DNA of 41,833 bases from positions 1-41,833 of IMG/VR virus record IMGVR_UViG_3300017909_003587; one strand, written 5' to 3'. The notes below the pieces were generated by a model. The model searched no databases. It saw nothing but the letters and a program-made list of their open reading frames with translations, and was not told the origin of the DNA. Both the position numbers and the translations under genes were made by a program. This stretch comes from a virus. Its lineage: Duplodnaviria; Caudoviricetes. Shown here piece by piece: positions 20,923 through 29,059 of the stretch; positions within the stretch are counted from its first letter, which is position 1; each line of letters begins with the position of its first letter.

Positions 20923-22200
20923 TTAATCTAAAATAAAAATACTATCTCCTTCTTTTGTTGCTGTCGATAATGTAATACTCTGTTCACTCTCGTTATAATA
21001 AGCTTCAGAACTCGGAATTTCTCCAGGGATTTTTTTTACGCCATTTACAAATAGGAATCTTGGTCTCGTATTTAAACCGCTAGTGCCATGCATATCTGGT
21101 CCAGAGAATACCGTTTGCCCTTCTGTTGCGATATATCGTAACGAACCACTACGGTCCACGGACACAGAACTAATAGTTGGCAGGGACGCAACGGACGAAT
21201 TAGAAAGCGCCGAAATTTCAATAATAGACTCCAGCGTAATTTGTTTTGGCATTCCGATGAGTTCGAGAAAGTCACAGAAGTCGAATGTAATAAACTCTAA
21301 TACCTCACCGAGACCGATTGCATCCAGGAACTTCGCAATCGTTTCTAAATACTTTTTATATAGATATGTTGGCCATTCTGATTCGAAGTCTTGTATCTTC
21401 TCTAAGAGTCTCTGCATATCGATTTCATCTATGGATATACCATGGTTTTCCAAATCCCCTCCAATCAAATCGCGTAGGGTAAAATCAGCTAGCGACAAAT
21501 TTTTCAATTCATCTATTTGTTCGCGTATATCTTTTGTTTCATCATCTATTATATTAGATAGCAAGGTAGGTATATCGGGAGGGAATGTCGTATCTTCTGA
21601 GAAACTCGGTAATCCAAGTTCGTCCCATATCTCTTTAAACTTGTCAATCACTTTTCCAATACCCGCTTTAATAAATCCAAGAGCACCTTGTTGTATAATA
21701 CTCATTATATAACTCCAAGCAACATCGCATTTCAATTCATGTGAGTCTAAACCAAATCGTCCATTCATTGTACGATAATGTTCTGGTACGAGTTCATAGT
21801 ATACATCTATGTTTTCGCAGACGCTATTTTTGATCGTGGTTATATAGTCGGGGTCTGACCATATATTTAAAACGCTAATATTTAAACCGCCAATAGACAC
21901 CTCAAAGTCCACTGAGACTACCTTATTAATAATCTCTAATATTTTGGTCTGTACATATATCTGGTATTCGGATTGGATAGCCTGGATCTTTCTCTCCCAT
22001 TCAATCTCAGGGACACTCAGATCATCGTATAGGGGATCGGGTATACTCATAGGGAAATCACCTAGAGCATCTTCAAGGTCATCTAATGCATCTCTGACTT
22101 CTTGTATCTCGCTACTGGCTAACTGCATTAACTTGTCGGCGAGTTCCCCTTTGGTCGGAAGGATCACTGCGGTACATGGTATATTAATAGTGGTTGGCAT
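20923..22200 (-). CDS. Hypothetical baseplate-associated protein (425 aa)
   Basis: Long acidic ORF coupled to gp5 (TAATG). The C-terminal YIATEGQTVFSG...FVNGVK...GDSIFI resembles beta-sandwich repeats of phage virion proteins. Confidence 0.75.
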   Translation of the reverse strand: MPTTINIPCTAVILPTKGELADKLMQLASSEIQEVRDALDDLEDALGDFPMSIPDPLYDDLSVPEIEWERKIQAIQSEYQIYVQTKILEIINKVVSVDFEVSIGGLNISVLNIWSDPDYITTIKNSVCENIDVYYELVPEHYRTMNGRFGLDSHELKCDVAWSYIMSIIQQGALGFIKAGIGKVIDKFKEIWDELGLPSFSEDTTFPPDIPTLLSNIIDDETKDIREQIDELKNLSLADFTLRDLIGGDLENHGISIDEIDMQRLLEKIQDFESEWPTYLYKKYLETIAKFLDAIGLGEVLEFITFDFCDFLELIGMPKQITLESIIEISALSNSSVASLPTISSVSVDRSGSLRYIATEGQTVFSGPDMHGTSGLNTRPRFLFVNGVKKIPGEIPSSEAYYNESEQSITLSTATKEGDSIFILD

Positions 22201-22730
22201 TATGTCTGTGGCTTTCCGTTAATCGATACAACGCCACCCTTTATATTAATGTTACCATCTGGCGTCATCTCAATAGAACACTTCTCAGGCTTAGTTCCGT
22301 GTTTGATAAGGATTGACTCACCGCCCTCCTTATTAGAGATGTGGAGTGTATGTCCGGAGGCCGTAGTGTATATTTTATTAAACTCGTCGGCGCCCGGTGG
22401 TATATCCTCTGTACCCTCTGTCATGCTCGCTAAGGACCCCATAATAATAGCATCCTGACAAGCAGGGGCATCCCTAAAGAACCCTACGACCCAGCTATCT
22501 ATTACTAACTGATGGTTACCACCTGTGCCCTTGTAGGACGCGAGAGTGTTTGGCATCAGTACTGTGGACCATGGTAATAAACTCTCCAGTGTATATTTAC
22601 CCTCTACTTTCTTTCCAGCCACGTCATCGTTATAGTAATCGTATGGTATTACCTTAACGCGATTGAGGCCCTCTGGATCATCGACACGTACTACCTTACC
22701 TATAAACCATGCAAACTGTTGGCCCTTCAT
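22200..22730 (-). CDS. gp5: Baseplate hub/spike gp5, short form (OB-fold plus short beta-helix, no lysozyme)
   Basis: WFIGKVVRVDDPEGLNRVKV, LPWSTV, WVVGFFRD...QDAIIMGS and NKIYTTASGH match the gp5/VgrG N-terminal OB-fold. Confidence 0.85.
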   Translation of the reverse strand: MKGQQFAWFIGKVVRVDDPEGLNRVKVIPYDYYNDDVAGKKVEGKYTLESLLPWSTVLMPNTLASYKGTGGNHQLVIDSWVVGFFRDAPACQDAIIMGSLASMTEGTEDIPPGADEFNKIYTTASGHTLHISNKEGGESILIKHGTKPEKCSIEMTPDGNINIKGGVVSINGKPQT

Positions 22731-24025
22731 ACTTCTTCTCCCTCTATTGCGATTCTTTTCGCATCTGTATCTACAGGGAAAGAATCTTTTTTAATCACCA
22801 TTTCCATAGTATACTCCGAATCAAAGTTATGGACAATATCTGTTATTATATATTTCCCTGTAAAGTATTGGTCTTTATCTGCATCAAGATCCTCTTGTCC
22901 TGTTGGTGGAACATTGAGTTGTATGATATTCCCTACAGATATATCAATATCGCCATAGACAACTATTCTTGCTCTGATAGTGTCGAGGTCGTGTTTATGA
23001 CCTTCGATGTTATGGATACTATTGTAACTATGGTGGTAATTCTCTTTTGCATCAAACGCTTTACTATTCACCGATACACTATAGGTCCTTGACTCTGGTT
23101 GGTTCTTGAAATCGAATTCGATATTGTTATTTGACACTGACTCACCAGGGTTCAGTAGGGCCCCACCATGTGCACCGTGAGGCTGAGTTGTAACTGTCTT
23201 ATTGGATATATCTACCGCAAATGTTTCAGAGGAATACACGCCGTTAGAGGAGGCCTCCAATTTTGATACATTGAGATTAGAAGAGAAGCGCAGAACCTTT
23301 TCCTGTTGTTCATCTCGGCTCTCTGTGGTCCCTATATCTTTTCGATAGAATGGCGATGTGGTATATGTAGATACGATGTCCTTAGAGACAAGCTCTGAAT
23401 GGCCCTTTAGATGCACGATTCCTTTAAGATTCTCATAGAAATATACCAGTTGATTGGCTGCCCTAAGCTGAAAAACTATGGCTTCTATTGGTTTTAAGGA
23501 CGGATATATACCCTGGATATCTCCGAAACTATCCGTTATATCTCTTAGTTTTTCAGGGATCTGAAGCTGTTGACTACATATATTCGCTATATTATTTCCC
23601 ACGGTTCCACTGAATTGTTTGTCTAAAATTGTGAACTGATTTAGGTATACATGCTTGGAAACACAGATAAGAGAGTATGCATCCGAACCCGGTTTTGACC
23701 TAGCGAAGTCTGTTATGTTCGATACATAGAGATTCAGTTCAAATTTTTTTTCGATACTCTCGTCGATTCCCCTTTGTATCACCTTTAAAAAAATTTTTTC
23801 ATTCCCCATTAATTTTAGATTGTCTAATAGATTTATACCATCGATTAGACGTATTTCTGCTCCAATACCTGCACTATATAATGATTCTTTGATTAAAATT
23901 TTTTGAATGATTGGAAATATATTGATTGGTACTTGATTTGTATGGTTTGTATAGAGTTTCGCTTCTAAAATTTCGTACGATGACTGTATAGAACTACCAT
24001 CTGTTTGTGATATATTATTACTCAT
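22727..24025 (-). CDS. Baseplate hub protein, gp27-like
   Basis: Lies between gp53 and gp5; IKESLY, FYENLKG and GD...SVGNII...TGKYIITDIVHNF...KDS motifs of hub proteins. Confidence 0.7.
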   Translation of the reverse strand: MSNNISQTDGSSIQSSYEILEAKLYTNHTNQVPINIFPIIQKILIKESLYSAGIGAEIRLIDGINLLDNLKLMGNEKIFLKVIQRGIDESIEKKFELNLYVSNITDFARSKPGSDAYSLICVSKHVYLNQFTILDKQFSGTVGNNIANICSQQLQIPEKLRDITDSFGDIQGIYPSLKPIEAIVFQLRAANQLVYFYENLKGIVHLKGHSELVSKDIVSTYTTSPFYRKDIGTTESRDEQQEKVLRFSSNLNVSKLEASSNGVYSSETFAVDISNKTVTTQPHGAHGGALLNPGESVSNNNIEFDFKNQPESRTYSVSVNSKAFDAKENYHHSYNSIHNIEGHKHDLDTIRARIVVYGDIDISVGNIIQLNVPPTGQEDLDADKDQYFTGKYIITDIVHNFDSEYTMEMVIKKDSFPVDTDAKRIAIEGEEV

Positions 24026-24830
24026 TGATTAGATTCTCGTATTTTTGAACGAAATCTTGTATATACTCAGGGTCAATATATCGTATAAAGGAACGTTCTT
24101 CATTCAATTCATGTTCGTATTGTCGATATGTTATAAATCGTATATTGACTTCATCTACTGTATTCGCTCTCCCCGCAGTTGTATCCTCAAACGCGTTGCT
24201 ATATGATACAGCACGCTTTTGACTATCGTTTTGATGATAGTATTGGTATGGTGCGTCGATATAATCATAGACTCTAAAGGTATCGACTGCATCGTCAGAT
24301 GTCAATCCTTTAATCTCTTCTGCAGCTTGGAATGTTCCTGTCACATTTTGTATGACAACCTGATGCATATCCACATTTTTTTGTTTGAGAATACCCTCAG
24401 CATTAGAATTTTGTCCGCGAATTGTTTCCCCTATACTAAATCTACCGCTCAAACTATGGTCAGTAGAGAGTACAATACCATCTGTATTGACTGTTGTATC
24501 TGGTCTTTTTGGTATAATCGCGACGCCTTCGTATTTTTTATCAAGGTATTCTGAGAAATCGATACTACTCATTGGCCATTCGCGATAGCCGTCATGTAAT
24601 CTTTCGTTGACAACAAAGAATGTCCAATAATAATTTGGTGTACCATAGAGATTTTGCGATACGATATCAGGTCTTTCGCCGTCTTGTATCTCATAAAAAC
24701 GATATGCTAAAGAGTTATCGATAAAATTTTCGAGGGGTTTGACATGACGAAAAATATCTGTCATCGATTGGAATATTCCATTTCTATCGAAATCGTATTG
24801 TACTGTTGGAAATTTTTTAAAAAAATTCAT
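24018..24830 (-). CDS. gp53: Baseplate wedge subunit gp53 (LysM-like)
   Basis: MNFFKKFP, YEIQDGERPDIVSQNLYGTPNYYWTFFVVN, EWPMS and YEHELNEERS motifs. Confidence 0.92.
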   Translation of the reverse strand: MNFFKKFPTVQYDFDRNGIFQSMTDIFRHVKPLENFIDNSLAYRFYEIQDGERPDIVSQNLYGTPNYYWTFFVVNERLHDGYREWPMSSIDFSEYLDKKYEGVAIIPKRPDTTVNTDGIVLSTDHSLSGRFSIGETIRGQNSNAEGILKQKNVDMHQVVIQNVTGTFQAAEEIKGLTSDDAVDTFRVYDYIDAPYQYYHQNDSQKRAVSYSNAFEDTTAGRANTVDEVNIRFITYRQYEHELNEERSFIRYIDPEYIQDFVQKYENLINE

Positions 24831-24841
24831 GCTCTCTCCTA

Positions 24842-25735
24842 TTAAATATCATTTACGTCTTGTTCTTCACCCGCAATAATATCTCCCTTCTCATCGCCTG
24901 TAAATTGTGAGAGTTTATTACCTTCGTTTGGTGCATCTGATATTGATATACCAGCATCCTTATAGAGTTCATGTAAATCTTCTCTCACTAAAGCTCTTGT
25001 TTCTCTAAACGAAAGTTGGACATCTACTTCTACTGGAGTTCCATCAGGGTGAAATGAGCTATGTGAAGGGTTATATGTTGTCTGTAATCCTGTACAATAT
25101 GCCGGTGCATATATTGGCATCAATGGTGTTCGTGTAATATCTAAATTTTCGTCTGGAGCATAGAATTCAATAAAAAATGTCGCAGGATATTGTAATGCGA
25201 ACTTACCAATTTTTTCAGGATACATAAAATTTTGTATACGATTAATAATTTTTCCAATCTCTGCTGATTCTTCTTTTGTTTCTGATATAAATTTTAAATT
25301 AATATCGAACTGTCTTATTTCTGTTGTATCAAATGTCACAACCGCTGATGGGTTCATAGCGATACCTTGCTTAGCGACCGCAACGTTATATCCACCTGTG
25401 ACATCAAATCCAACGAAATCACCAACATAAGATGTACCTCTGGATGCTGCAGCTATCAAGTCTTCTCTAGTCAATGCATAATTATTATTACCCAGTATTG
25501 TTTCCATGACTTGACCTGTCAAACCTCTTTCAAGAGTACCATAAGATATACCATCGTTTTGGAATATACCTATTGGGATATAAGTATAGATTGTTGTCGT
25601 AAATCCTTCATCACCCTTTAAAGCACGTTCATTAATCATAATCTTCATGAACGGATACATCCCGTCTTCTCCTAAATTTGAGGGATACACTAATCTTTCG
25701 TTTGCTGTCTTTCGATATTTTTCTAATTCTTCCAT
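24842..25735 (-). CDS. gp48: Baseplate tail-tube cap gp48
   Basis: LVYPSNL, MNP...F...RQF, QYPATFFIEF and CTGLQTTYNP...DGTPVEVDVQLSFRE motifs; upstream of gp53. Confidence 0.85.
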   Translation of the reverse strand: MEELEKYRKTANERLVYPSNLGEDGMYPFMKIMINERALKGDEGFTTTIYTYIPIGIFQNDGISYGTLERGLTGQVMETILGNNNYALTREDLIAAASRGTSYVGDFVGFDVTGGYNVAVAKQGIAMNPSAVVTFDTTEIRQFDINLKFISETKEESAEIGKIINRIQNFMYPEKIGKFALQYPATFFIEFYAPDENLDITRTPLMPIYAPAYCTGLQTTYNPSHSSFHPDGTPVEVDVQLSFRETRALVREDLHELYKDAGISISDAPNEGNKLSQFTGDEKGDIIAGEEQDVNDI

Positions 25736-25747
25736 ACTTTTTTACCT

Positions 25748-25755
25748 TATAAATA
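25748..25755 (+). promoter_or_regulatory. Late promoter TATAAATA for gp4
   Basis: Exact consensus in the divergent gp48/gp4 intergenic region. Confidence 0.75.
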
Positions 25756-25780
25756 CATATAGATTATTAATTATATAGAT

Positions 25781-25788
25781 TATTTATA
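25781..25788 (-). promoter_or_regulatory. Late promoter TATAAATA for the gp48 operon
   Basis: Exact consensus on the minus strand, 45 nt upstream of the gp48 ATG. Confidence 0.75.
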
Positions 25789-26234
25789 TGAGTTACAAAG
25801 GTAAATATACAATAAAAAAGCCAGAAAAGTATGCTGGTGATCCAACAAAAGTGACATATAGGTCATTATGGGAACGTAATGCTTTTAGGTGGTGTGAGAA
25901 TAATCCATCTGTAAAGTTGTGGAATTCTGAAGAAGTGGTTATACCCTATAAGTATAGCGTAGACCAAAGGTTACATAGGTATTATGTAGACTTATTAATT
26001 GAGATGGAGAATAAAAAAATCTATCTTGTTGAAATCAAACCAAAGAAAGAGACAATGCCACCTAAGAAAAAAACTAGAAGGTCAAAAAAATATATCAAAG
26101 AGTCATTGACATTCGTCAAAAATCAGGATAAGTGGAAAGCTGCCAAAGAATTTGCTGAACATAATGGATGGCAATTTCAAGTATGGACAGAAGAAACTTT
26201 AAAGAATCTAGGCATAAAAGTACTATCCAAGTAG
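25788..26234 (+). CDS. gp4: Head completion nuclease gp4 (TnsA-like)
   Basis: KYAGDPTKVTYRSLWE, WNSEEVVIPY, HRYYVD, EIKP, NQDKWKAA and FQVWTE motifs. Confidence 0.95.
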   Translation: MSYKGKYTIKKPEKYAGDPTKVTYRSLWERNAFRWCENNPSVKLWNSEEVVIPYKYSVDQRLHRYYVDLLIEMENKKIYLVEIKPKKETMPPKKKTRRSKKYIKESLTFVKNQDKWKAAKEFAEHNGWQFQVWTEETLKNLGIKVLSK

Positions 26235-26242
26235 TATAAATA
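26235..26242 (+). promoter_or_regulatory. Late promoter TATAAATA for gp2
   Basis: Exact consensus immediately after the gp4 stop. Confidence 0.8.
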
Positions 26243-26264
26243 TACTATATAGAAAGGATATTAT

Positions 26265-27101
26265 ATGTCACAATCAAGTAAGTTTAATAAGATTACAGTT
26301 GATACTTCAACAACAGATAAGCGAAAGGATAAGCTGAGTGGTACTACGCTTGGTGCTAAAGGTGGTAGAGATGTCGAAGGTGGTAATACTCCAGGGTCTT
26401 TGGATTTCGATACTAATTATGATCCTCGCCCTCAAGTATTTGGAAGAGGATTCTATGATTTAGAAACATCTCTTAATACACAATCAATTGCATTTTTTCA
26501 AAATCTTATTAAAGATCTTGGTAAGATGAGTCGTAGACGTATTATGACTGACCCAGGGATTAACCAAACTGATAGGACATTAATAGGGTCAATGTATTTT
26601 TTTGTTTATGAACCAGAAGGTAAAAAAACTTTACCTTATTATGATAGATTTCCATTAATTATTTTTATGAAACAAGTAAAAGGTGGATTTCATGGACTTA
26701 ATTTACATTATTTAAACTATAAAGAAAGGTTTAAATTATTAGTAGAAATTATGGACTTATATGGTGGGATTGAAGATTATTATGGCCAGACTGGTAAAAA
26801 CAAAAAGAAACAACTTGGTTCACAAAATCCATATACCGCATTCATCGAAGAAGAAGGTAAATATTTTACAGACTCTGCTAGGATTAAAAATTTAACATAT
26901 AATAGAATAAAAGATAAAGAAAAGTTTGAATATTATAAGCCTTGTTATAAACATTATAAGACAGCAAGAGTAAAGTCTAGATTTGCGAGAGTTCAAATGG
27001 CTGATTGGCCATTAGCTACTCTTTTACCTGTCGAGGCTTTTATTGGAGCACCAAAACAAAAAATATTTGTTAAAAGTAGAAATATTGCAAAGTATTCATA
27101 A
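26265..27101 (+). CDS. gp2: DNA end protector protein gp2
   Basis: GSMYFFVYEP, LPYYDRFPLI, GFHGLNLHYL, KPCYKHY and DWPLATLLP motifs. Confidence 0.92.
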   Translation: MSQSSKFNKITVDTSTTDKRKDKLSGTTLGAKGGRDVEGGNTPGSLDFDTNYDPRPQVFGRGFYDLETSLNTQSIAFFQNLIKDLGKMSRRRIMTDPGINQTDRTLIGSMYFFVYEPEGKKTLPYYDRFPLIIFMKQVKGGFHGLNLHYLNYKERFKLLVEIMDLYGGIEDYYGQTGKNKKKQLGSQNPYTAFIEEEGKYFTDSARIKNLTYNRIKDKEKFEYYKPCYKHYKTARVKSRFARVQMADWPLATLLPVEAFIGAPKQKIFVKSRNIAKYS

Positions 27102-27109
27102 GGAAAATT

Positions 27110-27760
27110 ATGGCACAAAACATAGATGATTTAAAAAGTTTAATTAGTCAAAAGGGCGGAGTAGCTAGAACTAATAACTTTAGAGTAATGTTTACTCCAC
27201 CAACACAAAGTCTTTTAAACATTGACCCAGAAGCTATCATAGGATCTTTATTAGGTGGAAGCTCTGGTAGTTTTTCAGCTAAAAATTTAATCAATGATCC
27301 TAGAGATATATCATTACTCTGTAATGGTGCTACACTACCTGGTGCTCAAATCCAAACTCTAGATTTTCCCGCTCAAAAACAATCAGTAAAAATCGCGAAT
27401 ACATATATTCACGAAGAAGTAACATGTAAGTTTATATTAACCAATGATTATTATATCAAAAAAATGTTTGATGATTGGCTTGAAAGTATAGTCCATTTTA
27501 AATATCATCAGGTTGGTTATAAAGGAGATTATAGTTGTGATGTGGTAATTCAACAACTTAATCCAAAAGGTAAAGTAGTGTATGGAGCTAAGCTAATTAA
27601 AGCTTTTCCTACAAGCGTTACCGGAATTGAATTCGACGGCGGAGCCGAAAATGCTTATGCGGAATTATCAGTAACATTTAGTTATGATAGATATAAACCG
27701 CAAGGTGCTGTATCAAGTACATTAGGTGGCATCGGTGCTGCGTTGGATATATTAACATAA
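27110..27760 (+). CDS. gp54: Baseplate-tail tube junction protein gp54 (tail-tube fold)
   Basis: GGVARTNNFRV, LCNGATLPG, KMFDDW, IQQL and AFPTSV...VTFSYDRY motifs. Confidence 0.8.
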   Translation: MAQNIDDLKSLISQKGGVARTNNFRVMFTPPTQSLLNIDPEAIIGSLLGGSSGSFSAKNLINDPRDISLLCNGATLPGAQIQTLDFPAQKQSVKIANTYIHEEVTCKFILTNDYYIKKMFDDWLESIVHFKYHQVGYKGDYSCDVVIQQLNPKGKVVYGAKLIKAFPTSVTGIEFDGGAENAYAELSVTFSYDRYKPQGAVSSTLGGIGAALDILT

Positions 27761-27775
27761 TAGGAGAAATATATA

Positions 27776-28495
27776 ATGGCATTACCAAAATTGAATGTTC
27801 CACAGTATAAGGTTAAAATACCTACAACTGGGGAAGTAATTAATATGAGACCATTTTTGGTCAGAGAAGAAAAGGTGTTAATGATAGCACTTGAATCACA
27901 GGATGTTGAGCAAATTTCTACAGCAGTTAGAGAAATAATTTTATCTTGCTGTAGTATAGATTCTATCGATAGGTTAGCATCAGTTGATATAGAATACTTA
28001 TTCTTACAACTTAGAGCTAAATCTGTAGGAGAAAAGATTGCATTACAAACTAAATGCGACGCTGAAGGCTGTGATGGACTAACAAAGTTTGAATTAAATT
28101 TAGAGGATGATATTGAATTGATTAATCTAGATGCTGAGAGAACTATAATGTTAGATAAAGAAAACGGTGTAGGTCTTACACTGCAATACCCAAACGTTGA
28201 AGCATTATCAAAAATGGAATTTAACGAAGGTAGTACTGCTAGTGAAACGATTATGGATATTATTACTGGATGTATTGAAACTATATTCGATAATGATACA
28301 GTTCATAATACTAAGGATGTACCAGTTGAAGAAGTTAGAGCATTTATTGAAAGTTTAAGTAACCAACAGTTTAATAAAGTACAAAGGTTTTTTCAAAATG
28401 CTCCATCAGTTTATTATGAGACTAAAACAAATTGTTTAAAATGTGAGAAAGAAATTAATGTAGAGCTGAAAGGGTTAGCCAATTTTTTTGGGTAA
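27776..28495 (+). CDS. gp26: Baseplate hub assembly protein gp26 (gp26/gp51 family)
   Basis: MALPKLNVPQY, RPFLVREEKVLMIA, DIEYLFLQLRAKSVGE, C-terminal CxxC and GLANFF. Confidence 0.92.
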   Translation: MALPKLNVPQYKVKIPTTGEVINMRPFLVREEKVLMIALESQDVEQISTAVREIILSCCSIDSIDRLASVDIEYLFLQLRAKSVGEKIALQTKCDAEGCDGLTKFELNLEDDIELINLDAERTIMLDKENGVGLTLQYPNVEALSKMEFNEGSTASETIMDIITGCIETIFDNDTVHNTKDVPVEEVRAFIESLSNQQFNKVQRFFQNAPSVYYETKTNCLKCEKEINVELKGLANFFG

Positions 28496-28683
28496 GCCTC
28501 TCACATGAAAGTTTAGAAGGTTATTACCAAACAAACTTTGCATTAATGCAACATCATAGTTATAGTCTCACAGAACTGGAAGATATGATGCCATGGGAGA
28601 GGGAGATTTATTTAGCTCTACTCAAGAATCATATACAAGAGGAAAATGATAAAATTAAACAACAAAAAATGAGGAGACGATAA
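28489..28683 (+). CDS. gp51: gp51-like hub assembly chaperone domain (not in the ORF track); probably reached by -1 frameshift from gp26, alternative ATG at 28546
   Basis: Manual translation WVSLSHESLEGYYQTNFALMQHHSYSLTELEDMMPWEREIYLALLKNHIQEEN matches the T4-like gp51 motif; stop TAA 28681-28683 overlaps the next ATG. Confidence 0.88.
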   Translation, partial: WVSLSHESLEGYYQTNFALMQHHSYSLTELEDMMPWEREIYLALLKNHIQEENDKIKQQKMRRR

Positions 28684-29057
28684 TGGCTGAAACAGATAAC
28701 AGTAGAAATGAAGTCGAAATAGATTTAGATAAGTATATGGCTATGATTGAGAAACTTGATGAACAAGAAGATAAAATCAAGGAGATGCAAGAGGAAGCCA
28801 AGAGAGCGAGAGACCAATTAGCTCCACCTAAACATAAGTTTATGGACTTATTCTTAGATGATAATATACTTAATGAAAAATCAATTATTGGTTTTATATC
28901 ATTTACACTAATGGTTATATTCGGTGTATGTGATTTAGTAACAGCATTCTTAGGACAAGATTTAGTTATTTCTGACACAATATACACATCATTCGTAGTG
29001 GTAACACTAGGATCATTTGGTATATCTGAGGCAGGAAAAGCATTTGGCGGGAAATAA
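28683..29057 (+). CDS. Small membrane protein with N-terminal coiled coil and two TM segments (124 aa)
   Basis: GGAG SD and TAATG coupling; hydrophobic IIGFISFTLMVIFGVCDLVTAFL and IYTSFVVVTLGSFGI. Confidence 0.8.
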   Translation: MAETDNSRNEVEIDLDKYMAMIEKLDEQEDKIKEMQEEAKRARDQLAPPKHKFMDLFLDDNILNEKSIIGFISFTLMVIFGVCDLVTAFLGQDLVISDTIYTSFVVVTLGSFGISEAGKAFGGK

Positions 29058-29059
29058 AA

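Noticed and set aside
484-24588. Numerous plus-strand ORFs of 60-284 aa in the ORF track
   Set aside because: Antisense shadows of recognisable minus-strand structural genes; no SDs or motifs, and explained by codon bias.
25788-26234. TnsA transposase or mobile element
   Set aside because: The TnsA-like fold is the normal T4 gp4 head-completion nuclease in its usual context.
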